From: Candidatus Berkelbacteria bacterium
GTDB lineage: Bacteria; Patescibacteriota; UBA1384; CAILIB01
DNA length: 64,000 bases
Reading direction: 5' to 3'
Assembly: GCA_043751595.1 (NCBI GenBank)
Contig: JAYUZR010000020.1
Coordinates: 336 to 64,335 of the forward strand
This document shows positions 1-8,030 of the stretch, in pieces (the stretch's first letter is position 1; every line of letters starts with the position of its first letter). Position numbers and translations under genes: made by a program. The notes under the pieces were generated by a model. It made no database searches. It was not told the DNA's origin and saw only the letters and a program-made list of their open reading frames with translations.

Positions 1-130
1 TACGGGCATGCCCCTCGTTTGCATACTTCATGTCCCAACTATTATCGCATTCATTTAGCTTACATGGGAAGGGCGTTAGAGCTGGCTTACACACCTCCCC
101 TGCCGACCCCAGATTGGCAGCTCAAAACAG

Positions 131-159
131 TTGATGAAACCCGCCACACCTGCTATCTT
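131..159 (+). promoter_or_regulatory. Candidate sigma70 promoter for the tRNA operon (TTGATG, 17-nt spacer, TATCTT), ending about 8 nt before the tRNA 5' end
   Basis: -35-like TTGATG at 131-136 and -10-like TATCTT at 154-159, read directly; spacing places the start near 168. Confidence 0.35.
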
Positions 160-167
160 CCCTGCGT

Positions 168-242
<75 letters not shown>

Positions 243-381
243 TACTTTTACATCTGAGGTCAGAGGCAAATATGGGCTCAGTGCCCGTTTATTTGTATGA
301 TGGTTAGGCGGTGGTTTTTGTCGGTATGCGCAGTATGATTTTTGTCAGCGGTAACGCTGTAAAAATCAGACGAGCACACAT

Positions 382-456
382 GCCTCCTTAGCTCAGGGGT
401 AGAGCAACTGTTTTGTAAACAGTGGGTCGTCAGTTCAAATCTGACAGGGGGCTCCA
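382..456 (+). tRNA. tRNA-Thr, anticodon TGT
   Basis: Acceptor GCCTCCT/AGGGGGC with one GU pair, D-stem GCTC/GAGC, anticodon stem ACTGT/ACAGT with loop TTTGTAA, T-arm GTCAG-TTCAAAT-CTGAC, CCA encoded. Confidence 0.85.
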
Positions 457-583
457 AATTTTTGATGGACGTGCTAGAGAAAACAGCCGAAGGCGGGCTT
501 ACAGAAATTGCTTTGCAATTTCTGCTACCCCTCATTCGCTCGGTCAAAATAAGCAAGCTTATTTTTGCACCTCACTCATTTCG

Positions 584-669
584 GGGCAGTTACTCAAGCG
601 GTCAACGAGGGGAGACTGTAAATCTCTTGGCATCAGCCTTCTCAGGTTCGAATCCTGAACTGCCCACCA
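584..669 (+). tRNA. tRNA-Tyr, anticodon GTA, class II with long variable arm
   Basis: Acceptor GGGCAGT/ACTGCCC, anticodon stem GGAGA/TCTCT with loop CTGTAAA, long variable arm, T-arm TCAGG-TTCGAAT-CCTGA, CCA encoded. Overall similar to bacterial tRNA-Tyr. Confidence 0.85.
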
Positions 670-711
670 CTCCACATTTTTGTTCTCTATTTAGTCAGTT
701 AGTTACGTCCC

Positions 712-900
712 ATGGCCAAAAAAGGCAACCGAACTTGGGTTGAAGTACTCAATAAGGAGAGTGGTCTCGCTTATGTTACTACCCGAAACAAGGTAAACCA
801 GGCGGTAAAGAAAGGTGCAGACAAAGCCAAGCTCGTTCTTAGTAAGTACGATCCAAAGCTTCGTAAGCACGTGAAGTTTACCGAGACCAAGCGCAAGTAG
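712..900 (+). CDS. rpmG: 50S ribosomal protein L33
   Basis: 62-aa ORF with the L33 signature YVTTRNKVN...KLVLSKYDPKLRKHVKFTETK. Sits between the tRNA cluster and tRNA-Trp, as in many bacteria. Confidence 0.85.
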   Translation: MAKKGNRTWVEVLNKESGLAYVTTRNKVNQAVKKGADKAKLVLSKYDPKLRKHVKFTETKRK

Positions 901-904
901 TGCT

Positions 905-936
905 TGGGGCGCTCACTCTGGTGAGCGCCATTTTTC
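905..936 (+). terminator. Rho-independent terminator after rpmG
   Basis: GGGGCGCTCAC-TCTG-GTGAGCGCC followed by ATTTTT. Confidence 0.7.
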
Positions 937-937
937 T

Positions 938-1011
938 AGGGGTATGGTGAAATGGTATCACACGGGTCTCCAAAACCCTTGTCGTAGGTCCGATTCCTAC
1001 TACCCCTGCCA
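938..1011 (+). tRNA. tRNA-Trp, anticodon CCA
   Basis: Acceptor AGGGGTA/TACCCCT, D-stem GTGA/TCAC, anticodon loop CTCCAAA, T-arm GTAGG-TCCGATT-CCTAC, CCA encoded. Confidence 0.8.
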
Positions 1012-1052
1012 AAGCGGTGTGCATGAGCTCGTCCTCAGGCACACCGCTTTTG
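1011..1052 (+). terminator. Strong hairpin terminator after tRNA-Trp
   Basis: 12-bp stem AAAGCGGTGTGC/GCACACCGCTTT with a 16-nt loop, then TTTTG. Two further hairpins lie at about 1082-1108 and 1114-1142. Confidence 0.65.
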
Positions 1053-1253
1053 TATTGGTGGAAGGAGAAATCGGAGATTCCTACTCCAGTGCATTTTGCA
1101 CTGGAGCAAACCGAGTCAAAATCAGGCGTTAGCCTGACTTGACGCGGGGATACTACCCCATCCTTTGCGTGAGCAAAGCGCAAGGCACGAGCGTAGCGAG
1201 TACTACCTCTGCCAAGTAAGTCATCCTTACTCATACACTAAACACCTATAGGA

Positions 1254-1282
1254 TTGACACAAAAAGAATCTTAGAGTATTTT
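1254..1282 (+). promoter_or_regulatory. Near-consensus sigma70 promoter (TTGACA, 17-nt spacer, TATTTT) for the 315-aa gene
   Basis: TTGACA at 1254-1259, a 17-nt spacer and TATTTT at 1277-1282, about 55 nt upstream of the ATG at 1337. Confidence 0.5.
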
Positions 1283-1336
1283 CCAGCGTCGCTAAACCAA
1301 AGGCGACCCTGGCACATGCCTTGAGGAAAAGGAAAA

Positions 1337-2284
1337 ATGATCGGAATCTTAACAGCAACACACGAAGGCGAACTAGCCGGCGACGATGGACGCACACCCA
1401 TCTCAAAAAGAGCCCTCGATACGGCAATGGCTCGCCAAGGATACCGCACCTATGCGGACCTCCTAAGCGCAGCCTTAGTTATTACCAACCACCTTACTCG
1501 GGAGATGGAGAAGCATGTCGGCATGCAACCTCGTGTGGTTTTCGAAGGTGACGAAACCAGACACTGGGTAGCGTGCGGGTACAGTGCTCTGCTTGAAAAG
1601 GGTAAGCCAGGCAATGACGAGATCTTGCCATGCCAGCCGGAGGACTTAGCCATCAACTTATACTGGGATGGCTACGAAGCAATTACCAGGATGGTGAGAT
1701 TTGGGTGGTTTGCCAATTCAGACCTGGCAATTAACAAAGCCCTTCTCTTCTTCTTGGAAATTGAGGAGCATCTCACGAGCTTTCCCAATGCCCGGATATT
1801 CATCGAGCTACTTGGAACTCGCACACGCAGTAGAGTTCTCACCGAAAGTAGTCGAGGGGTACTAATCCCCTTCGAAACCGGTATTAAGGGAATGAAATCA
1901 CCTGATATTTTACTTGAGGTGATTCTGTCGCTAGCAAGGCGCGAGTACGCGGATGAAGAGAGTCTGGAGGCACTCGGTGGAATAGAACAGCCGTACACCA
2001 TCACCTCCGCTAAAGCCACACTAACAGTGGCACCGAGGTGGAGCGACATGGGTGTACATAACATCTCCAACCCAGAGGCCTTGGACATGAAGGACTTCTC
2101 AGGCAACTGGAAGGTGCCACCGATAACACACGCCCTTGCGATCGCCGCAAAAGCCTGTAAGGATCGTGGACTCGTAGTAAAGGAAACTTTCCACTATGAC
2201 CGAGTTCCTTCTAGTAATCCCCTACTCAAGGGTGACGACAGTGACAACTTCATGGATGAAAGAGTGATTTTTATCCTGGGATAA
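1337..2284 (+). CDS. Hypothetical protein (315 aa) with no motif I recognise; a single-gene cassette
   Basis: Long ORF with its own promoter and terminator. The 11-mer AAGGCGACCCT occurs at both 1300-1310 and 2301-2311, flanking the gene. Confidence 0.6.
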   Translation: MIGILTATHEGELAGDDGRTPISKRALDTAMARQGYRTYADLLSAALVITNHLTREMEKHVGMQPRVVFEGDETRHWVACGYSALLEKGKPGNDEILPCQPEDLAINLYWDGYEAITRMVRFGWFANSDLAINKALLFFLEIEEHLTSFPNARIFIELLGTRTRSRVLTESSRGVLIPFETGIKGMKSPDILLEVILSLARREYADEESLEALGGIEQPYTITSAKATLTVAPRWSDMGVHNISNPEALDMKDFSGNWKVPPITHALAIAAKACKDRGLVVKETFHYDRVPSSNPLLKGDDSDNFMDERVIFILG

Positions 2285-2302
2285 TAATCCACAAAAAGAG
2301 AA

Positions 2303-2327
2303 GGCGACCCTAGCGGGTCGCTTTTTC
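2303..2327. terminator. Bidirectional rho-independent terminator
   Basis: GCGACCC-TAGC-GGGTCGC followed by TTTTT. Lies between the convergent genes ending at 2284 and 2341. Confidence 0.7.
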
Positions 2328-2340
2328 TCATTTAACCCTC

Positions 2341-2724
2341 TCACTCCCCCACCTTAATAATCCATCCAATACCAAACTTGTCCCTAAACATCCCGAAGTA
2401 TGCACCCTCAGGATCTTCGTCCATAAGCACCTCAACGGTTCCACCGGCTGAAAGCCCAGTAAATATCTTTTCAGCTTCCTCGCGGCTTTCAGCGCTAACA
2501 GATATTTTGGACCGGTTTTCATTTTCACTTACCCGACCCATACTTTCCGGCACGTCATTAGCGATCAAGGTAGTGCCGCCGATCGGCAATGTAATCTGCA
2601 TGATCTTGTCCGAACCCTCCACACGCGTAACCTTGCCAAAGTCTCCGCCAAATACCGATCGGTAAAACTCGAACGCCTCTTCGGCGTTTCCGTTGAAGTT
2701 AATCCAGGGATTAATCTGCGCCAT
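2341..2724 (-). CDS. VOC-superfamily protein, PhnB/YjdN-like (3-demethylubiquinone-9 3-methyltransferase-like domain)
   Basis: 127 aa. N-terminus MAQINPWINFNGNAEEAFEFY and C-terminal FGIGW motif are typical of PF06983. Confidence 0.65.
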   Translation of the reverse strand: MAQINPWINFNGNAEEAFEFYRSVFGGDFGKVTRVEGSDKIMQITLPIGGTTLIANDVPESMGRVSENENRSKISVSAESREEAEKIFTGLSAGGTVEVLMDEDPEGAYFGMFRDKFGIGWIIKVGE

Positions 2725-2753
2725 AGCTTTTTAGTTAGTAGCTAATAACAACC

Positions 2754-3161
2754 CTACTTCCCCATCTCCACAAACTTCTTAAAATTATCCAAATACGCCT
2801 GCCATCCCTCACGCTGTAGTTCTTCAGAGTTCTCTGTCTCAGGGTCAAATGACTCATCAACCCGAGTCCCGCCTTCAACCTCGGTAAATACCACACGAAT
2901 TTTTCGGCCATCATCCATCGTAGAATCGATAAGCTTCTCTGGCTCTACAGTGTTGTAGGTCCAGCCAAAAATAAACTCCGACGAGCCATCTTTAGCAAAG
3001 TTTCGTGAACTGCACTTACCGCCAACCCGTAAATCGTTTTCAATACCCTCGGCGCCCCAGGTATCACTTGCAAATGACCAAAACTGCACGCTCTTAACAT
3101 CGTTCCATTTGACCCACACTTCGCTCAGATCCGCCGCAATAGTTGTCGAAATATCGATCAT
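2754..3161 (-). CDS. SRPBCC / AHSA1-like (activator of Hsp90 ATPase homologue) family protein
   Basis: 135 aa with C-terminal EGWQAYLDNFKKFVE, characteristic of the PF08327 family. Confidence 0.55.
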   Translation of the reverse strand: MIDISTTIAADLSEVWVKWNDVKSVQFWSFASDTWGAEGIENDLRVGGKCSSRNFAKDGSSEFIFGWTYNTVEPEKLIDSTMDDGRKIRVVFTEVEGGTRVDESFDPETENSEELQREGWQAYLDNFKKFVEMGK

Positions 3162-3264
3162 ACTAACTCTAAGATTACATTACGTGGTGAGACCCGCTCT
3201 AACGCCTTCTATTTTGCTATTCTATTCGTAATCAAGCAATTGCATACCTTATAACGTTATTTGC

Positions 3265-4014
3265 ATGGAGGCAGAGCCCCAACCAAATCGAGTCGAGCGG
3301 ATAAGTACTAAGCGCAGCCCTCTTTTGCGGCGCCTCAAGCAAGGTGCTGCACTGGCCGCAAAAAATACTCAACATACCCTTGCACCTAAAAACGTACCCA
3401 GAAAACTCTTTGTGGCTACCCCCTACTATTCTCAGTGGGAATCCCCAGAAATGGTCTCCGACTTAATGCAGGGCAAGCGCAGAGCAGAAGACGATCCAAA
3501 GTGGAGAGAATCCGGTGCCAAAACAGAAAAAGAATACGCCCTCTGGAGCTGGTCCTGCTGCGGCATGGCATGCCTAAAGATGGTTCTTGCTCGCCGGACG
3601 GGTGGTATTCATCCTATTATTTCTCTCGCTCACGAAGTAGAAAAGTACGGCGGCTACCGTGCTAGCGAAGACTTTATTGACGGCCTGTATTACAAGCCGC
3701 TTTGCACCTACCTGCAAGAAAAACACCAGCTTTCTGCACGTCCCGTCCCCGCCTTGCCTATACATGAAATTATTTCTGCACTAGCTAAGGGTGAAGATGT
3801 CATACTCTCCGTAGTGGCCACCATTCGCTTCCCCGAAAGCCAGCCCCCGTCTCGCGGTGGGCACCTAGTACTTGTAGTGGGCTACGATCTTGATAAAGAA
3901 GAACTCTATATTCACAATCCTTCTGGGTTTTATGGAGAAACGCAAGAGGCTGCACCGATTACTTTTAAGCAACTAAAGAAGTTCTTTGATTACAAGGGAG
4001 TGATAATCAAGTGA
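3265..4014 (+). CDS. Papain-like cysteine peptidase, Peptidase_C39_2-like
   Basis: PYYSQWES and SCCGMACLKMVL (candidate catalytic Cys) plus GHLVLVVGYD (candidate His). The true start may be an internal Met. Confidence 0.5.
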   Translation: MEAEPQPNRVERISTKRSPLLRRLKQGAALAAKNTQHTLAPKNVPRKLFVATPYYSQWESPEMVSDLMQGKRRAEDDPKWRESGAKTEKEYALWSWSCCGMACLKMVLARRTGGIHPIISLAHEVEKYGGYRASEDFIDGLYYKPLCTYLQEKHQLSARPVPALPIHEIISALAKGEDVILSVVATIRFPESQPPSRGGHLVLVVGYDLDKEELYIHNPSGFYGETQEAAPITFKQLKKFFDYKGVIIK

Positions 4015-4027
4015 ATAGTCTCTAGCC

Positions 4028-4489
4028 ATGCAACAAGGAATCGATTACATCGGCCTAGGAGTTGGCGGAATCATCTTCAACGAAGACGGTAGAATCTTCG
4101 CCTCACTGCGCGGTAAGGGAGTGCGCAACGAACCCGGCACATGGGAGTTTCCTGGCGGCGGAGTCGAGTTTGGAGAAACCGCCATGCAGGCCATCGAGCG
4201 AGAAACCCTTGAGGAATTCGGCATGACTGTTACGGCAAAGGAGTCCCTTGGGTACATCGATTTTCTTCTTCCTGAGGTTGGTCAGCACTGGGTCGGACTA
4301 CACTTTTTGTGTGAACTAACCAGTGGCGAAGGCACCATTTGCGAGCCAGATAAGTGCGAAAAGATCGGCTGGTTTAGCGCAGAAGAATTACTAACACTAG
4401 ACCTATCTACGCCTACAAAAAAGCTGATTGCAAACTTGGAAGAGAAACGTAGCGCACCACTAACCTCAATCGAAATACATACCCCATGA
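4028..4489 (+). CDS. NUDIX hydrolase
   Basis: Nudix box GGGVEFGETAMQAIERETLEEFG. Confidence 0.8.
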   Translation: MQQGIDYIGLGVGGIIFNEDGRIFASLRGKGVRNEPGTWEFPGGGVEFGETAMQAIERETLEEFGMTVTAKESLGYIDFLLPEVGQHWVGLHFLCELTSGEGTICEPDKCEKIGWFSAEELLTLDLSTPTKKLIANLEEKRSAPLTSIEIHTP

Positions 4490-5145
4490 TCACCCTCGAG
4501 CTTATCTCACAAACCACCCTCACCGCAGACATTGCTCATTTTGTGTTCAGGCCTCACCGGCGCGTGGAGCGAAAAGCTGGCCAGTACGTAGTGCTCTTTG
4601 CTCCAAATGGCGATGCTCGAGCCCTCTCCATCGCCAGCGCACCGCACGAAGACACGATTGAGTTTATTACTCACATAAGTCCAAGTCCGTATAAGCAATC
4701 GCTGAATACCCTAGAGCCTGGTGAGACCGCCACTATGACCGAACCAATTAGCAGCTTTCTTTGGCCAGACAGTCAAGAAAATCCCCTCCTTATCGCCGGT
4801 GGCGTTGGTGTTAGCTCATTTCGGGCAATCTGGCGCGATCGAGCACACCGAAAACTAGATCTCACAGCTGAGCTCTATTATTATGCGGCGAGTAATCAGT
4901 TTTTGTTTACTGAAGAGCTAGATGAACTTACCGCAACCCATCCAGAATTTGCTGTACATCGAGTGACTAGCGGAATTACCGAGCGCGGGAGTATTAAGGA
5001 AGTGGAAACTCGTTCGGAACGACTCGTACTAATGTCTGGCGTGTATAGCCAAGGCAAGCCTCAAGATTTTGCCCAGCCCAACTTCCAGGAGGCTCTTGCG
5101 CGCGAGGAAGCAACTTTTGCAGAGGTAGTGCAGAAACTCTCGTAA
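4486..5145 (+). CDS. Ferredoxin-NADP reductase-like FAD/NAD(P)-binding oxidoreductase
   Basis: RALSIAS (the FAD-binding RxYS motif) and LIAGGVGVSSF (NAD-binding glycine-rich motif). Overlaps the upstream gene by 4 nt (ATGA). Confidence 0.6.
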   Translation: MITLELISQTTLTADIAHFVFRPHRRVERKAGQYVVLFAPNGDARALSIASAPHEDTIEFITHISPSPYKQSLNTLEPGETATMTEPISSFLWPDSQENPLLIAGGVGVSSFRAIWRDRAHRKLDLTAELYYYAASNQFLFTEELDELTATHPEFAVHRVTSGITERGSIKEVETRSERLVLMSGVYSQGKPQDFAQPNFQEALAREEATFAEVVQKLS

Positions 5146-5148
5146 GCC

Positions 5149-5502
5149 ATGAACCTAGATAGCGCCATCTTCTACAGTCACGATATTACCAAGGTAATCC
5201 CTTTTTACATTGACACTGTCGGCCTTACAGTCGAGTACAAAACCGAGCGTTTTGTATCGTTTAATTTTCCAAATGGGGCAAAGCTTGGGATCAAGAATCA
5301 AACCAAAGAACGAGAAGTCCCTGGTTTTCAAACCGTTTTTATCTCTGTTGAAGATGTGGCCACGCTTTATGCAAAACACAAAGAACAGAATCTTGATTTT
5401 TATGGCGAGCTAACCGAATTTGATTGGGGAACTGAATACAGTATTTTAGATCCTGATAAGAATAAAATTCTTTTTGTTCAGAAGCCCTCGTCTACTCCAT
5501 GA
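5149..5502 (+). CDS. Glyoxalase/bleomycin-resistance (VOC) family protein
   Basis: 117 aa with the typical VOC beta-alpha-beta-beta-beta pattern (ITKVIPFYIDTVGL...GTEYSILDPDKNKILF). Confidence 0.6.
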   Translation: MNLDSAIFYSHDITKVIPFYIDTVGLTVEYKTERFVSFNFPNGAKLGIKNQTKEREVPGFQTVFISVEDVATLYAKHKEQNLDFYGELTEFDWGTEYSILDPDKNKILFVQKPSSTP

Positions 5503-6143
5503 ACTCTCACTGGAAACTCCCCACCAGCATCGGAATTGCCACCTTTTTTCTGGGTTGGTGCGTTTGGATGATTGCCGCCTTTAGGTATAACGCGTTTTGG
5601 TATGGTGGCGGAGTAGATTACCCAGTGATAGCCAACCCCAGCCTCTTGATTGGTGATGCTCTTGCCCTCCCCTTCTTCAACGCCTTTGCTGCGCGATGGC
5701 TTTTTGCATATGGGTCTCGTAAACAACTAAGCGCGTCAATCTGGCTCACCATACTAGCTCTCGCATTAAGCGCCTACCAACACTGGATCTGGACCACCGA
5801 CACGACCAATGGCCTGATTGACCCGCACTACACCATATCGGTGGTCGGGGTTTGGCATGCGATATTTAGTGGACTGCAGCTTGGATTTATTCTTAGCTTC
5901 CTTAGCCAGTGGCTGCGTGTATCCCCAAACACAACTGCAGCACATGAAGGGCTAAGAGTCTGGTATATTTTTTATGGCTTCGCTTTCGTCTCTTTACTAG
6001 ATGGATTACTCGCCCATTATCTTAGTGGAGAAAGTGGCAGCCTTGTCCTTAGTTTAGTGACACATCCCGAAAGGCTGTATCAGCCGGTGCTTATTGTGGG
6101 GATTGGGTTATTTGCAGGCAGACGTATAAAGAAATTATCATGA
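5499..6143 (+). CDS. Hypothetical integral membrane protein (about 6 TM)
   Basis: Hydrophobic ORF of 214 aa with a 4-nt overlap on the previous gene. No recognised motif. Confidence 0.55.
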   Translation: MNSHWKLPTSIGIATFFLGWCVWMIAAFRYNAFWYGGGVDYPVIANPSLLIGDALALPFFNAFAARWLFAYGSRKQLSASIWLTILALALSAYQHWIWTTDTTNGLIDPHYTISVVGVWHAIFSGLQLGFILSFLSQWLRVSPNTTAAHEGLRVWYIFYGFAFVSLLDGLLAHYLSGESGSLVLSLVTHPERLYQPVLIVGIGLFAGRRIKKLS

Positions 6144-6529
6144 CCCAAGACATCACCAACTACAACGACCAGCAGTCGCCCACCAACAAAGCAATCTGCG
6201 AGACTCTTGCCCAAGAAATTACTGCCGGACTACCAGGTGCTGAAAGTAAAGTATGGCACGGGCACCCCGTCTGGTTTTTGGAAGGAAATCCCATTACTGG
6301 CTACAGCGTACTCAAGAACTCTGTTCAACTACTATTCTGGAGCGGCCAGTCATTTTGTGAACCAGGACTTGAAGATGAGGGCACTTTTAAAGCCTCACAA
6401 GTTCGCTATACCGATGTGGAACAGATTGCCGTTGACGATCTTAGGCGCTGGCTACAAAAAGGTTTTGAGATCCAGTGGGACTATAAGAATATCGTTAAGC
6501 GAAGGGGTGAGTTATTGCGCCTAAAGTAA
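6140..6529 (+). CDS. DUF1801 (YdhG-like) domain protein
   Basis: 129 aa with KVWHGHPVWF and EPGLEDEGTFKAS, resembling PF08818. Confidence 0.5.
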   Translation: MTQDITNYNDQQSPTNKAICETLAQEITAGLPGAESKVWHGHPVWFLEGNPITGYSVLKNSVQLLFWSGQSFCEPGLEDEGTFKASQVRYTDVEQIAVDDLRRWLQKGFEIQWDYKNIVKRRGELLRLK

Positions 6530-6538
6530 ATAGCTTAC

Positions 6539-7402
6539 TTACAACAGCTCTACGCCTTTTTCTTTTTTGGCTAGCACCAAAAAGTTTTCCCCACTCACCA
6601 CTTTCCTACCGGTTTCCTGCTCAAGCTGTTTACGCGCAGTACCCGCAACCGATCCGCCGCGCCTGGCAGCATCAGTATTTTCCAGCATACCCAGTGCGTC
6701 ATCGGTCCGAGCAATCTCAGTAGTTGCCGCCTCACCAAGCTGGGCAAAAAGCAGTTCCAGGTCGCCCATATGGTCTCGTAAGTTTTCGCGCTGTAAGCCC
6801 TTAAGCTTTTTTGTATTCGCTTGGTGTAACTCCGAAGGTTGCCTTGGAGATTTCAGCGGTAAGAATGGCAAAATCCTGCTTAGAGGTTACTCCGCGCCTC
6901 TCCCACTCATCGGTTAGCTCTTGCCGAACAGCAATACCGCGCACTCGGCGCTAGATCCATTCATCAGAGTGGCCTTTAGATTTGTAGAGTGCCTTCATTC
7001 GCTTTTGTGCCAATTCTGGATCTTCAATTTCTTGCACCCGTTCATACCCAGTCTTGGCCAACCACTTTTTAAACGGCTCTGCCTTTTTACTAGGGATAGA
7101 CTGGATAAGCCGAAATAGGCCTTCCGTATTCCAGGAAAGTAACTTTTGCTTGCCACCAGGTGTATCGAAGGCAAGTGCAAGGGGGGGTACAATTTGTACC
7201 CCCCTTTATCCTGAGGATAAAATAGCAGCGCAAGCTCGCTGTCACGTTGACGCAACCTTTTTAGGTATTGAGTTGGATCGACAGAGTCGGTAAGGACAGC
7301 AATTACATCGGTAATTACAAACCACCACTCTCCGCCGTGCAATTGCCGACGGATTTCCTTCTGGCGAAAGACAACTAACTTTTCTTGTGGTGCGCTATTC
7401 AT
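6539..7402 (-). pseudogene. dinD: dinD-like (Bro-N domain, DNA-damage-inducible protein D family) gene disrupted by an indel at a palindrome, an in-frame TAG and a +1 shift in an A-run
   Basis: Bro-N N-terminus KEIRRQLHGGEWWFVITDVIAVLTDSVDP from the ATG at 7402. Protein-like sequence then continues in two further frames: NTEGLFRLIQSIPSKKAEPFKKW...DEWI, then a TAG at 6951-6953, then RGIAVRQELTDEWERRG...ILTAEISKATFGVTPSEYKK, then a frame change in the A6 run at 6807-6812, then KGLQRENLRDHM...TEIARTDD. Confidence 0.6.
7181..7205. repeat. Perfect 25-bp palindrome GGGGGGGTACAA-T-TTGTACCCCCC at the first dinD lesion
   Basis: Read directly: 12-bp arms around a single central T (G7 run at 7181-7187); the frame switch lies in the ~30 nt straddling its left arm. 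Confidence 0.7.
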
Positions 7403-7412
7403 GCAACGGATT

Positions 7413-8027
7413 TTACTCCTTGGACCGCACAAAGTCATCCTGCAGCCCGATCCCGTCAAAAATAGCATCTCGCCACTTTTCAATCCGGTCCATACGGGTT
7501 TTTGATTGCTTAGCTCCGGCAAAGTACAAAAGGTAGCCGCGTTGACGGCCAGGAGTTAATTCTTCAAAAGCACGCCTGAAGCCCGGGTCTTCGTCGAAGG
7601 CCTCTTTTAGTTCATCGGGTATTTCGTAGTCTTCGGTTTTTCGGTATTCAACCTTAAGTCCGGCTTTTTCCACCCTAATTGCCTCCGCGATATAGTCTTT
7701 AAGCACTTGCTCTAACTGAACAATTTGAGCCATACTCGTGAATCGGATTTGTCTACCTGCTTGCACATTTTCAGTTTGCTGAATCAGCAAGTGCCCAGGG
7801 TCGGCCATAAGTGCGCCTTTGAAAAATAAGAGGGCGACATACTGCTTAAACCCATGAATAATCAGGACGTTTGCCCCATAAATGGTATAGCAAGCCTCTT
7901 CCCACTTTAGCTCCTCGGTAAGACCACAAGCCAGAACCAGCTCTCTAAGCGCCTGCGTTTCAGCCTGCCACTGGCTAAGGCGTTCGATACGGGCCGAGAC
8001 TTCTGGGTTATGAGTGGCCATTTGCAA
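7413..8027 (-). CDS. YdeI/OmpD-associated family protein (DUF1801-like N-terminus plus YdeI C-terminus)
   Basis: C-terminal FEELTPGRQRGYLLYFAGAKQSKTRMDRIEKW is typical of PF13376. Confidence 0.6.
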   Translation of the reverse strand: MQMATHNPEVSARIERLSQWQAETQALRELVLACGLTEELKWEEACYTIYGANVLIIHGFKQYVALLFFKGALMADPGHLLIQQTENVQAGRQIRFTSMAQIVQLEQVLKDYIAEAIRVEKAGLKVEYRKTEDYEIPDELKEAFDEDPGFRRAFEELTPGRQRGYLLYFAGAKQSKTRMDRIEKWRDAIFDGIGLQDDFVRSKE

Positions 8028-8030
8028 GGA

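Noticed and set aside
878-1234. 118-aa ORF on the minus strand overlapping tRNA-Trp and the terminator region
   Set aside because: It lies antisense to a well-folded tRNA and to hairpin terminators and has no recognisable motifs. It is most likely a spurious ORF.
1011-1336. SRP RNA, 6S RNA or another known ncRNA in the 325-bp hairpin-rich spacer after tRNA-Trp
   Set aside because: The conserved SRP domain IV motifs are not found. The hairpins are adequately explained as terminators plus the promoter of the downstream cassette. An sRNA remains possible but unsupported.
6567-6917. 116-aa plus-strand ORF
   Set aside because: It is antisense to the protein-like dinD-remnant frames and is low-complexity and Ser/Ala-rich.
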